Positions 1-10,963 of a stretch of DNA of 64,000 nucleotides are shown one piece after another. Under the pieces are notes generated by a model. That model did no database searches. It saw nothing but the letters and a program-made list of their open reading frames with translations, and was not told where the DNA came from. Source of the DNA: an uncultured delta proteobacterium (GTDB taxonomy: Bacteria > Desulfobacterota > Desulfobacteria > Desulfobacterales > UBA11574); NCBI GenBank assembly GCA_963752565.1, contig CAVVZC010000003.1:542560-606559 (forward strand), read 5' to 3'. Position numbers and translations under genes: made by a program. Position 1 is the first letter of the stretch. Each line of letters opens with the position of its first letter.

Positions 1-1352
<1,352 letters not shown>

Positions 1353-1720
1353 AATCTATTCCTTATTGTTTATATAAATGTATAATAATAATAATATATT
1401 GTTTATAGCGATAATAATTTTATAATTTATTTAAATAACAGAAAAAAAATGTATTAAAATTGTTAAAAAAAAGTTTAAAAAACAATTAAAATTAATAGAT
1501 TATAGGAAATATTAAATTTATTGTTAATAAGTAGTTATTTATTGAAAAAATATCAATACAAAAGCGGTTGCTATAATGCGTGTTTTAAAAGCAATGTAAA
1601 ACTTTTAAAAATACTATATATAGTGCTTATTTTTATTTGATATAAGTATATATACCGTTTATAAGAATGTTACAAGCGTTTTTACCGCGTATTTACCAAT
1701 AAACAAACAACAAAGAATAA
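1353..1720. promoter_or_regulatory. Extremely AT-rich divergent intergenic region (promoters of dnaN and of the nuclease-helicase gene; DNA-unwinding-type composition)
   Basis: 368 bp almost devoid of G/C, with runs such as ataataataataatatatt and aaaaaaaagtttaaaaaacaattaaaattaat. It is bounded by divergent gene starts at 1352 and 1721. Confidence 0.6.
1569..1577 (+). promoter_or_regulatory. Candidate extended -10 promoter element TGcTATAAT reading toward 1721
   Basis: The sequence gcggttgctataatgcg contains a perfect TATAAT preceded by TGn. No good -35 is visible. Confidence 0.3.
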
Positions 1721-4700
1721 ATGATGAAATTTATCGCTGATTTTCATGTTCATTCCCGTTTTTCCAGAGCAACGGCGAGGAATTTAGATTTTGAAAACCT
1801 ATATATTTCAGCTCAACTTAAAGGGTTATCGGTTATAGGAACCGGTGATTTTACTCACCCGGGATGGTTTGCTGAAATTAAAGAAAAACTGATACCAGCG
1901 GAACCTGGATTGTTTAGGTTAAAAGATGAAATATCAAAATTATGCGATCAAGAAGTCCCAAAGTCATGCCGTAGAAAAGTGCGCTTTATGTTGGTTTCGG
2001 AAATAAGCAACATATACAAAAAAAACAATAAAACACGGAAAAATCATAATCTTGTGTTTCTATCCGATTTAAATCGGGCTGAGAACTTTAATTCAAAATT
2101 AGATAAGATTGGAAATATAAAATCCGATGGAAGGCCAATACTTGGTCTTGATGCCAGGGACCTTTTAGAAATACTTCTCGAGACATCTGATCAGGCATTT
2201 CTTATACCGGCCCACATCTGGACACCATGGTTTTCACTACTGGGTTCAAAATCAGGTTTTGATTCTATAGATGAATGCTTTGAGGATCTAACGCCTTTTA
2301 TATTTGCAGTTGAGACAGGCCTTTCATCGGATCCAGCGATGAACTGGCGGGTCTCCGCACTGGACGGCCTTACACTGGTGTCAAATTCTGATGCACATTC
2401 ACCATTAAAACTGGGAAGGGAGGCAAATCTTTTTGATACAGACATGTCATATTCAGCCATAAAATCTGCTATCAAAAGTGGCGACCCTGAAAGATTTTTA
2501 GGTACCTTAGAGTTTTTTCCGGAAGAAGGGAAATATCACCTTGATGGACATAGAAATTGTGACGTTCGTTCTTGGCCTAACAAAACACGGGAGCAAGGCG
2601 GAATATGCTCGATTTGTGGAAAACCGCTCACCTTGGGTGTTTTGTACCGGGTGGAGGAGCTTGCAGATCGACCGGAAGGCGTTACACCGAAAAAATATAA
2701 TCCTTATAGCAACATCATTCCCCTTGTGGAAATTTTGTCCGAAGTTTTAAGGGTCGGTCCGAACTCAAAAAAAGTTATGGGAAATTACAGAAATTTACTT
2801 GAAAAACTGGGACCTGAATTTGACATTTTAACGACGCTAAAAAGAGATGTTATCGACACTGCAGGACTGCCCTTGCTTGGGGAAGCGATCACAAGGGTAC
2901 GCCAAAACAAAATCGATATTTTACCAGGATATGATGGAGAATTTGGCAAAATCAAAATATTTAGAAAAGATGAACGAGAGAAACTTAAGGGACAAAAACT
3001 TCTTTTTACTATAAATTCTACCGATTCATTATACAAGAAAAGAAGAGAAAGAAACCAACAGCCAAAACCTTATACACCCTCTAATGTGATTATAAAAGAT
3101 AGGTCGGATAAGACCACCGGAAAGAAATTTGAAACCGTTGAATTAAACAGGGAACAACGTCAGGCTGTAGAACATGATGGGAGTGCATTAATCATCATTG
3201 CTGGACCTGGAACCGGTAAAACATATACCCTAACCCAAAAAATCGCATATCTTATACAAAAAAAGAAGGTTTCACCGCAGAACATCCTTGCAGTGACCTT
3301 TACGAACAAGGCTTCTCAGGAAATGCGTCAACGACTTGAAACTATATTCGGGAAATCGAAAAATATGCCCTTTATCGGGACGTTTCACAGTTTTTGTTTT
3401 CATCTTTTGAATGATTTTGAAAAAAAATCTTATACGATCATTGATGAAAAAGACCGGGAGTTATTGCTTTTAGATGCCATAAACCGGGTTAAAGGGGCGG
3501 GTGTTCAGGTAAAGATAAAACCTAAAAAATTGTTTGAATGGATTGTTTCCGCCAAACAAAACATACTTAATCCCGAAGAATGGTCGGGTAAAACGCCCTC
3601 TAAAAAAAATGATTTTTTTAAAGCGGTATATCAAGCGTATCAAAATTTATTGGAAATACAAAAGTTTTACGACTATGAAGATCTGATTTTTAAAGCCGTC
3701 CGAATACTTGAGACAGAAAATCAAGTCGCCGTTTCTTACAGGACGCTGTTTCAATATATTTTTGTAGATGAATATCAAGATTTAAACCATGGCCAATACA
3801 GCATTATCAAGTCCCTTGCCCCAACCGGTGTTAAAAAGAATATTTGTGTGGTTGGCGATCCAAATCAGTCGATCTACGGGTTTAGGGGATCAAGTGTTAA
3901 ATATTTTAAACGGTTTATCAAAGACTATCCTGATGCCAAAGTTATAAAACTGACACAAAATTACAGATCAACCCAGACCATTCTTGATGGTTCTTATCAA
4001 GTGATTAAACCCAAAAATAAAGATACATTTCAAGAACGTATTTATTCAGAAATTGACGGTCAAAAAACAATTGGTGTTTTTGAAACAGATTCTGAAAAAG
4101 CAGAGGCTGTGGCCATAGGAAAAACCATTGAAAAATTAATCGGAGGAATAGGATTTCATTCCATCGATTTTGGTCTCGTAAATGATCAGCAACACGCCAG
4201 AAACGCAAGTTTTTCAGATTTTGCGGTGTTATACCGCACCTCAGAACAAAACAGGGTTTTATCAAAGGTGTTCGACACAGCAGGAATTCCATATCAAATC
4301 GTTAGCAGAAAGAACGTATTTAACACAAAATATATCAGCGAGTTGATTTCATTATTAAAAGTCATCGAGGGAGCGGGTGGTTATGCAGATTTTGAGAGAA
4401 GTTTAAAAATAACGACGCCGACCATTAACAATAAGGGCATTCAAATCTTTAAGAATTGGGGTTACGAATACCGTTTTTCACTAGAATCAGCGCTGATGAA
4501 TGCACGCCGATTTCCCATCAACAAAATGGGTAAAACGAACCAAACAAAGCTTGGTGATATCTTAAACAAAATTTTCGAACTAAGACAAAAGACAAAAAAA
4601 ATGTCCATGGGACAAAAACTTTTATTTTTGTTGGAAAACACCAAAATTTCAACATCCGGTGATTGGAGTCAAAAAACAAACAACACCCTAAAACACATGA

Positions 4701-5128
4701 TCGATGTTTGTGAAAGTTTTGATTCTAATAAATTAGACTTTATTAAAATCGCTGCGCTGCAAACAGACACAGACACATACAACCATCAATCCGAAAGTGT
4801 TGCATTAATGACCATGCACGCTGCCAAAGGACTTGAATTTCCCGTTGTTTTTATTGCAGGATGTGAAAACGGACTGTTGCCGTTTCAACCGTTGGATGGC
4901 GATGTATCTGATATCGAAGAGGAAAGACGGCTTTTTTATGTCGCCATGACGCGAGCAAAGGAACGGCTCTATATCACTTTTGCAAAAAAAAGAAAGAGAT
5001 TCGGAAAAATCGAGAAACGAACACTATCGCCCTTTGTCCAGCAAATTGAAAAAAATTTATTAACACATGATGCCACAATTCCGGGGAAAAGAACCCAAAC
5101 CGGCCCATTACAACTAAAACTATTCTGA
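1721..5128 (+). CDS. Fusion protein: N-terminal endonuclease Q-like PHP nuclease + C-terminal UvrD/PcrA-type SF1 DNA helicase
   Basis: 1135 aa. N-terminal part: DFHVHSRFSRA, GTGDFTHPGW, PAHIWTPW, ETGLSSD, SNSDAHSPLKLGREAN, GKYHLDGHRNC, zinc-ribbon CSICGKPLTLGV, PGYDGEFGKIKIF (collinear with archaeal EndoQ as I recall it). C-terminal part: AGPGTGKTYT, VTFTNKA, DEYQDLN, GDPNQSIYGFRG, NYRST, MTMHAAKGLEFP, YVAMTRAKERL. Confidence 0.85.
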   Translation: MMKFIADFHVHSRFSRATARNLDFENLYISAQLKGLSVIGTGDFTHPGWFAEIKEKLIPAEPGLFRLKDEISKLCDQEVPKSCRRKVRFMLVSEISNIYKKNNKTRKNHNLVFLSDLNRAENFNSKLDKIGNIKSDGRPILGLDARDLLEILLETSDQAFLIPAHIWTPWFSLLGSKSGFDSIDECFEDLTPFIFAVETGLSSDPAMNWRVSALDGLTLVSNSDAHSPLKLGREANLFDTDMSYSAIKSAIKSGDPERFLGTLEFFPEEGKYHLDGHRNCDVRSWPNKTREQGGICSICGKPLTLGVLYRVEELADRPEGVTPKKYNPYSNIIPLVEILSEVLRVGPNSKKVMGNYRNLLEKLGPEFDILTTLKRDVIDTAGLPLLGEAITRVRQNKIDILPGYDGEFGKIKIFRKDEREKLKGQKLLFTINSTDSLYKKRRERNQQPKPYTPSNVIIKDRSDKTTGKKFETVELNREQRQAVEHDGSALIIIAGPGTGKTYTLTQKIAYLIQKKKVSPQNILAVTFTNKASQEMRQRLETIFGKSKNMPFIGTFHSFCFHLLNDFEKKSYTIIDEKDRELLLLDAINRVKGAGVQVKIKPKKLFEWIVSAKQNILNPEEWSGKTPSKKNDFFKAVYQAYQNLLEIQKFYDYEDLIFKAVRILETENQVAVSYRTLFQYIFVDEYQDLNHGQYSIIKSLAPTGVKKNICVVGDPNQSIYGFRGSSVKYFKRFIKDYPDAKVIKLTQNYRSTQTILDGSYQVIKPKNKDTFQERIYSEIDGQKTIGVFETDSEKAEAVAIGKTIEKLIGGIGFHSIDFGLVNDQQHARNASFSDFAVLYRTSEQNRVLSKVFDTAGIPYQIVSRKNVFNTKYISELISLLKVIEGAGGYADFERSLKITTPTINNKGIQIFKNWGYEYRFSLESALMNARRFPINKMGKTNQTKLGDILNKIFELRQKTKKMSMGQKLLFLLENTKISTSGDWSQKTNNTLKHMIDVCESFDSNKLDFIKIAALQTDTDTYNHQSESVALMTMHAAKGLEFPVVFIAGCENGLLPFQPLDGDVSDIEEERRLFYVAMTRAKERLYITFAKKRKRFGKIEKRTLSPFVQQIEKNLLTHDATIPGKRTQTGPLQLKLF

Positions 5129-5286
5129 GCCTTGAAATATTAAAATAAACCTCAATTAATTTGAATTGAAGTTGAGAATACAATTAAATATCATTGACAT
5201 GACATTTTTTTTATATATGTTCATTCAAAAATTGAGGCAATGAAGCCTCATGTCCCAAATTAGACCAAAATTAATCAGATCAAACA

Positions 5287-5338
5287 AAACCACGAAGGAT
5301 AAAGGTTATCAGAAGATAATCCCCATTGTGGTTTTTTT
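5287..5338 (+). terminator. Intrinsic-terminator-like structure in the helicase-porin spacer (terminator or leader attenuator)
   Basis: The outer stem is weak: about 5 clean bp (accac/gtggt, extendable by a G-U and an A-U pair). It encloses a large ~40-nt interior containing the hairpin ggttatc-agaa-gataatcc, and is followed by a T7 run. Confidence 0.4.
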
Positions 5339-5370
5339 GTTCTAAAAAGGTGTGTGGAAAGGAGGATTAA

Positions 5371-6591
5371 ATGTTCAGATTAACCAAAAGAACTTCTCTT
5401 TTATGCATAATCGTTTTAACAGTTTTTATTGTGTTGAGAAACCAAAATGCCCGTTGCGAAACTTCCGACAAAGCGTTGGAACAACGAATAGAAGACATCG
5501 AAAGCCGTCTTGAATCAACGGAGAATACCGTGGAAAAGACATTGTCGAAATCAGGGGTCCTTGGCAAACTATCTCTTGGGGGGGTAATCGCCGGCGCCTA
5601 TCAACACCAAAACGTGGATGATGCACCGGGGTTTAACAATACTGGCCGGGGAGCTATTGTCTTTCAACCCGAAATCGGTTTTGCCCTGACAGATGTCGAT
5701 GAAGTATTTACCAAATTTGGATTTGCGGCAGGCAATGCTTTAAATGATGCAACGGTATCTCCATTTATTTTTACGCCATGGGCTGCAGACTTAGAGGACG
5801 ATGTAAAAGATATCAATGGGCGGAATCGGGACTATCTTCTTACCGCCTGGTACAAACACACTTTTACATTCAGTGAAAAACACACGCTGGGAATTACAGG
5901 CGGGCTTGTCGATGCCACGGACTATCTGGACGAAAACGCCTATGCCAACGATGAATTCACCCAATTCATGAACCAGGTGCTGACAAATGCCGCCAATGGT
6001 TTTTTCCCTTCCTATGACATAGGTGCGGTTGTGGAGTGGGAATTTGGCGAATTTGCACTCAAGGGAATTGCTATGAGTGTGGGTGAAAATGATGACGGCA
6101 GGAGTTATAATTTTTATGGCGCCAACATGGGGTATTCCATCGACACAAAACTGGGAGAAGGAAACTATCAGGTGATTGTAGATTGGACCAGTAAAGACTT
6201 CAACAGTCCAATGGGGGACAAACTAGAATTAAAACAAAGCACGATACTGTCCTTTGACCAGCAGTTGGGGGAGATTTTGGGTGCTTGGATAAGATTCGGC
6301 TGGCAAAAGGATGATGCCGCTGTTCTTGTTAAAGAGATCTATTCCGGCGGGCTAAATATCATCGGGAAACTGTGGAGACGAGAACAGGACAATATCGGTA
6401 TTGGATACGCATACCTGGGAGGAGGCAATCAAGATTTGGACAACGCGCATGTCTTTGAAACATATGTCCGGTTTTTACTTAACGATTTTTTTGCCATTAC
6501 AGTCGATCTGCAATATCTTAAAGACAACATGAAACAGGGCGATAGCCCTTCTGGATTCATATCAGGCGTGCGTTGTGTGGTTGAGTTCTGA
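5371..6591 (+). CDS. Outer-membrane porin (OprB/carbohydrate-porin-like beta-barrel)
   Basis: Strong RBS ggaaaggagg. Signal peptide, N-terminal coiled-coil (ALEQRIEDIESRLESTENTVEK), alternating beta-strand pattern, and a C-terminal aromatic residue (...VRCVVEF). Confidence 0.6.
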   Translation: MFRLTKRTSLLCIIVLTVFIVLRNQNARCETSDKALEQRIEDIESRLESTENTVEKTLSKSGVLGKLSLGGVIAGAYQHQNVDDAPGFNNTGRGAIVFQPEIGFALTDVDEVFTKFGFAAGNALNDATVSPFIFTPWAADLEDDVKDINGRNRDYLLTAWYKHTFTFSEKHTLGITGGLVDATDYLDENAYANDEFTQFMNQVLTNAANGFFPSYDIGAVVEWEFGEFALKGIAMSVGENDDGRSYNFYGANMGYSIDTKLGEGNYQVIVDWTSKDFNSPMGDKLELKQSTILSFDQQLGEILGAWIRFGWQKDDAAVLVKEIYSGGLNIIGKLWRREQDNIGIGYAYLGGGNQDLDNAHVFETYVRFLLNDFFAITVDLQYLKDNMKQGDSPSGFISGVRCVVEF

Positions 6592-6633
6592 ATTGAATTA
6601 TTACGAGCAAATATTTTTCATGAAATATTCAGG

Positions 6634-7752
6634 TTAACGGGGTGCGCAATATCCGTTGGTAACCCCTTTTGGGGAGAGAACGATTTGCCACAACTGGTTA
6701 ACTCTTGCACGAAAAGCGCCGGCGCAAGACAAAAGATAATATTTCCACATTCTGTAGAAACGCTCACCATATTTATCTTTGAGATCATTCCAGCTGTTGT
6801 GAAAATTTTGAAACCAGTACATGAGTGTTTTGTCGTAATCCGGGCCGAAATTGTGCCAGTCTTCGAGAACGAAAAGGTTTTCAATGGCATCGTTGATTTG
6901 CTTTGCTGAAGGCAGCAGGTAATTTGGAAAGATATATTGACTGATCCAAGGATCGCCTTTTTTCTGAGAACAATTGCTCCCGATGGTTTGCAAAACAAAT
7001 ATGCCGTTTTTTTTAAGGCAACGGCGAGCAACCCGCATGAATGTTTTGTAGTTTTTGTAACCCACATGTTCGATCATACCTAAAGAAACAATACGATCAA
7101 AGACACCTTTCAGGCTTCGGTAGTCTTCAATGCGGATTTCAACAGGAAGTCCGTGGCAGAATTTTTCAGCAAAGTGCGCCTGTTTTTCGGAAACAGTGAT
7201 TCCGACAACTTCAGCTTGATAGTTTTCGGCAATAAACTTGGCTGTTCCCCCCCAGCCGCATCCGATATCGAGAACACGCATTCCCGGTTTTAAGAACAAT
7301 TTTCGGCAAACCAAATCCAACTTTTTTTCTTGCGCTTCATCAAGACCAGATGCATTTTTCCAGTAACCGCAACTGTATATCCGGAGTCTGTCAAGCATAC
7401 ATTGATAAAGATCATTCCCGATGTCATAGTGATGCTGGCAGTCAAGAAAACACGAAGACGGTTTTTGGAGGTTCAACAGCCTGGCTTTTAAAAGAGAAAA
7501 ACACTCGGTCCAGGGATTGATTTTAGCGTCAAGATTGGCTTTCAAAACTCTGCAAATAAACTCGTCAATCCTTTCGCAGTCCCACCATCCATCCATGTAA
7601 GATTCACCAAGACCCAGCGAACCTTCAGCCAGGATTCGTTGGTATAGCTTTTCATTATGAACCTGTATATCCCATGGACGGTCGCCATTGATATTAATAT
7701 CTCCACATGATAAAAGATGTTGTATTTTTTGATAAAATTTCCCGCCACCCAT
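6634..7752 (-). CDS. cfa: Cyclopropane-fatty-acyl-phospholipid synthase
   Basis: 372 aa. HYDIGNDLYQCMLD, YSCGYW, SAM motif VLDIGCGWGGTAKFIAENY, GMIEHVG, YYLLSCAGAFRAR. Confidence 0.85.
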   Translation of the reverse strand: MGGGKFYQKIQHLLSCGDININGDRPWDIQVHNEKLYQRILAEGSLGLGESYMDGWWDCERIDEFICRVLKANLDAKINPWTECFSLLKARLLNLQKPSSCFLDCQHHYDIGNDLYQCMLDRLRIYSCGYWKNASGLDEAQEKKLDLVCRKLFLKPGMRVLDIGCGWGGTAKFIAENYQAEVVGITVSEKQAHFAEKFCHGLPVEIRIEDYRSLKGVFDRIVSLGMIEHVGYKNYKTFMRVARRCLKKNGIFVLQTIGSNCSQKKGDPWISQYIFPNYLLPSAKQINDAIENLFVLEDWHNFGPDYDKTLMYWFQNFHNSWNDLKDKYGERFYRMWKYYLLSCAGAFRARVNQLWQIVLSPKGVTNGYCAPR

Positions 7753-8062
7753 AACCTTATCCTTGCGGTTTCTAATACGTCAGAAATAAAGCCTGGATAC
7801 CATATCAAAAAACTTTTTATTACCGATAATATGTAAAATTTCCAAGAATCTAAATCACATGCGTCAACACCAGGATCAAAAGAAATTGTTTTTTAAGGTT
7901 AATTCTTGAATTATCTTTATATAATTTTTAATTAATCAATAGGCTTTTGTCAACCAACACGCAAAAGCAACACTAAAATATAATTTTACTTTAAAAATTT
8001 TTCACAACCCGCTACGCTTTATTGGCGTTATTGAAATAACAAGTGCGGTTTTGGAGAAAGCA

Positions 8063-9331
8063 ATGAGAGCGATTGAGGAAAGACTTGAACAGGTCCATCA
8101 ATTGGTTGAGGCTATATCCGGCCATCGAGATCAATTGATCGAAACTGCTGTTCGGGATGCCGGCTTTACCCTCAGAGAATGTCGTATCGAAGTGGACATG
8201 AACCTGGACAACCTGAGGGGTTTTGAAGAGATGGTTTCGGTTTTTTCCGAACGACAGCCCATTTGCCGCCCGGACCAAGAGGTTGCCCTGTTGCTGCCAT
8301 ATAACGGCAGCGCCTGGTTGAACACAGCCATTATTTCCATATTCCTTGTGGGAAATCGAGTTCAGGTAAAATTCGCGACCCGTGGATCCGAGATTTCCCG
8401 TTTTACGGAATTCCTTTATAAACCGATATTCGGCGATGACATTTGTTTTGAATACACCGATGGAAAAAGATTCCTCGAAAACGCCATGTCAAACCCAAAC
8501 ATACCGGCCATCTGCCTCTTTGGTTCCGATGATCATGCGCTTGGTTACCAAAATTCGGTTAAAAAATTCGGCAAGAAGTTTATTTTCGAAGGACCGGGAA
8601 AAGATCCCTTCATTGTTCTTCCAGGGGCCGACCTGGAGGCTGCGGCAAAAGAACTCGCTTTTTCCAAGTACATCTATGCCGGGCAGACCTGCACAGCCCC
8701 GGAGCGTGTGTATGTGCATGAACCCCTTCATGATGCCTTTGTGGAGCGATTTGTTGAGTTGAGCCGTGAAGTTAAAGTCGGGGATCCAGCTGATCCTGAT
8801 ACCCAGATGGGACCGGTGGCCAGCGCGCGAGCTATAGCAAATATCAAGTCCCAGTTAAAGGATGCCGTTGATAAAGGCGCTCGGGTTGTCATCGGCGGAC
8901 GTATTGACGGCCATATGGTGTATCCCACGGTGGTGGTGGGTGCCAGACAGGACATGCTGGGCATGCGAGAGGAAACCTTTGGACCGGTGAGCTATATCTG
9001 TTCGTTTCAGAATAAGGATGAAGCGCTTCGCATGGCCCGGGACAATCCTTACGGGCTTAGAGCTTGTGTTTATGGGGATGACACGGCCGTCAATCTTGGT
9101 GATGAACTTGTCGGCGAAACGTATTGTCATCCTGTGGATAAAATGGTTTTTGGATTATTTGGTACTGTGGGGGTGAATCAGGGGCGATCGGAGTCCTGGA
9201 AAGGCGCTTTTGTATCGAAACCGGTGGGTGGTTATGGTTATTCCGGATGGATCTGGGAAACCATCAATGAAAAATTTATTCTAAAACAAGGGCCAAAACT
9301 TTTGAGCATAGAGACGTCGCGGAAACGATGA
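8063..9331 (+). CDS. Aldehyde dehydrogenase family protein
   Basis: The ORF track starts at 8051 (TTG). I prefer the ATG at 8063, which has ggaga 5 nt upstream. Motifs: FEGPGKDPFIV, catalytic-Cys region YAGQTCTAPERVYV, REETFGPV. Confidence 0.75.
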   Translation: MRAIEERLEQVHQLVEAISGHRDQLIETAVRDAGFTLRECRIEVDMNLDNLRGFEEMVSVFSERQPICRPDQEVALLLPYNGSAWLNTAIISIFLVGNRVQVKFATRGSEISRFTEFLYKPIFGDDICFEYTDGKRFLENAMSNPNIPAICLFGSDDHALGYQNSVKKFGKKFIFEGPGKDPFIVLPGADLEAAAKELAFSKYIYAGQTCTAPERVYVHEPLHDAFVERFVELSREVKVGDPADPDTQMGPVASARAIANIKSQLKDAVDKGARVVIGGRIDGHMVYPTVVVGARQDMLGMREETFGPVSYICSFQNKDEALRMARDNPYGLRACVYGDDTAVNLGDELVGETYCHPVDKMVFGLFGTVGVNQGRSESWKGAFVSKPVGGYGYSGWIWETINEKFILKQGPKLLSIETSRKR

Positions 9332-9442
9332 ATCGTTTATGAGAAATGTGGATGAATGAATGTTGATACAGACTTCATGATCTGGAGTCCAACACATATT
9401 ATAAGAGCGGTGTAGATTTTCAGTGAAAGGAATTAGAGTGAA

Positions 9443-10093
9443 ATGGAACCCCTTGATCAGATTGCGAATACGATATCTTTGACCATGGGTGTTGCCTGGG
9501 CCAGCGGTATAAATCTATACGCTGCCATCTTGGTTCTTGGGTTGCTTGGGGCAACCGGTAACATCACTTTGCCTGCGGCCCTTCAGATTCTTACAGATCC
9601 TATGGTTATTTCTGCCGCAGGGGTGATGTATTTCGTTGAGTTTTTTACCGATAAGATGCCGGGCGTTGACACCGGGTGGGATACACTTCATACATTTATA
9701 CGCATCCCAGCAGGTGCTCTCTTGGCGGCCGGTGCTGTGGGGGATGTAAATCCGGCTGTTGCCCTGACAGCCGCTATTCTCGGAGGTGGGTTGGCCGCCG
9801 GTGCCCATGCCGTTAAGTCGGGCTCAAGGGTTATCATCAATACATCACCTGAGCCGTTCACCAACTGGACCGCTTCCATTGCAGAAGATATCGCTGTGAT
9901 TGGCGGTCTCTGGACCGCCTTTCATTATCCGTGGCTTTTCTTGGTTTTAATGATCGTCATTATGGGGTTGATGATTTGGCTGCTGCCGAAGATTTGGGGG
10001 GGTATCAAAAAGATTTTTGGCTATATCGGGCGCTTATTCAAACATGGGAAAAAGGATGAATCTTTGCCGAACAGCAAACCCGTTGATTCTTAA
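9443..10093 (+). CDS. DUF4126-family integral membrane protein
   Basis: 216 aa, Gly/Ala-rich TM helices (GINLYAAILVLGLLG, FFTDKMPGVDTGWD), typical of the DUF4126 family as I recall it. Confidence 0.6.
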   Translation: MEPLDQIANTISLTMGVAWASGINLYAAILVLGLLGATGNITLPAALQILTDPMVISAAGVMYFVEFFTDKMPGVDTGWDTLHTFIRIPAGALLAAGAVGDVNPAVALTAAILGGGLAAGAHAVKSGSRVIINTSPEPFTNWTASIAEDIAVIGGLWTAFHYPWLFLVLMIVIMGLMIWLLPKIWGGIKKIFGYIGRLFKHGKKDESLPNSKPVDS

Positions 10094-10140
10094 ACCGTAT
10101 GGCGAAGAATTTTTAAAAGGCCAAAGAACATCAAAAATTT

Positions 10141-10313
10141 AACCTAAATTTAGCGATTGTCGAGTTTACCGGTCGTAAGATCCCGCCTTTCGGGGAGATG
10201 CAAGGCATGAGACATGTCGTCGTAGTTTGCTACTGCAAATCTTTCATAACGCAGCAGATTCGGTAAACCCGTCAATCCCGAAGGGTTTTAAATTGAAACG
10301 CTCAGTTTAGGTT
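10141..10313. repeat. Long imperfect inverted repeat forming a ~170-nt structured element in a convergent intergenic region
   Basis: aacctaaa...gagtttaccg (10141-10171) pairs with cggtaaaccc...tttaggtt (10261-10313). The interior holds several small hairpins (cccg-ccttt-cggg, gtag-tttg-ctac, aatct...agatt). Confidence 0.5.
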
Positions 10314-10684
10314 TAAGTTGGAGGAAAAGGATCAAGAATCTCTCTTTCTGTGATTAGAAGACCGATGAGAAAATGACCCTTGAACGGATCCTCATCTTTT
10401 TGGGTAATATGTGCGATTTGTGTTTTTAAGGATTCAGAATAGCCTGCGGATTCTGGAGGAATATATTTCATATCCACAGTATCTCCAACTTTTAAATGCT
10501 TCAATACTGCAGAATCTTTGTTTACCAGAATGCCCAATCCTTTTGATGACATGTCCCGTAATTTAAACTGGTAGACATTTCCGGTCTCTTGCAGTCGAAA
10601 TTCAACGCTATAATAGTGATCCAATATGGTTCTGGATTCAGGCCGTCTGTCTTCTATTTTGTTGTTGTATGACTTCGTTTTCAT
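10313..10684 (-). CDS. PilZ domain protein (c-di-GMP receptor type)
   Basis: 123 aa. RRPESR (RxxxR) followed by DMSSKGLGILV (D/NxSxxG). Confidence 0.75.
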   Translation of the reverse strand: MKTKSYNNKIEDRRPESRTILDHYYSVEFRLQETGNVYQFKLRDMSSKGLGILVNKDSAVLKHLKVGDTVDMKYIPPESAGYSESLKTQIAHITQKDEDPFKGHFLIGLLITEREILDPFPPT

Positions 10685-10963
10685 GATTTGTCTGAGTAGG
10701 GCAGGGTATATATAATTTAATAAAAATTTGTTGCAATGTCCATCTTTTTTTTAAAAAAAATCATAAGTTATAAAAATAAACGATAAGATTTCGAACCTCC
10801 TCCTTCAAGAGGTTCATATCATCGTATCACGATGTTACTTGTAAAAGCAAATATCATTATAAGACCATGGATTGAAAGAGGGACCTTGGTGTGTTAATGT
10901 CAATGGCGTTAGTGATTCATCATTGATTCTCACCAGACAAAATTTCGTCGGGAAGTGAACGAA

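Noticed and set aside
1353-1720. Calling this AT-rich spacer the chromosomal origin (oriC)
   Set aside because: I found no DnaA box with at most 1 mismatch. The best is tgttaataa, with 2 mismatches. dnaA is not adjacent. I kept it only as a low-interest finding.
7999-8014. Exact 16-mer ttttcacaacccgcta, also present at 50924-50939, both intergenic
   Set aside because: For a 64-kb window counted on both strands, roughly one chance 16-mer match is expected, and the flanks do not extend the similarity. It cannot be separated from coincidence without genome-wide counts.
10170-10210. Resemblance of cccgcctttcggggagatgcaaggc to the GGGACGCAAAGCC core of c-di-GMP-I riboswitches, next to a PilZ gene
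   Set aside because: Only a short partial match, and the other conserved GEMM features are absent. The element also lies at the 3' ends of both neighbouring genes rather than in a 5' leader.
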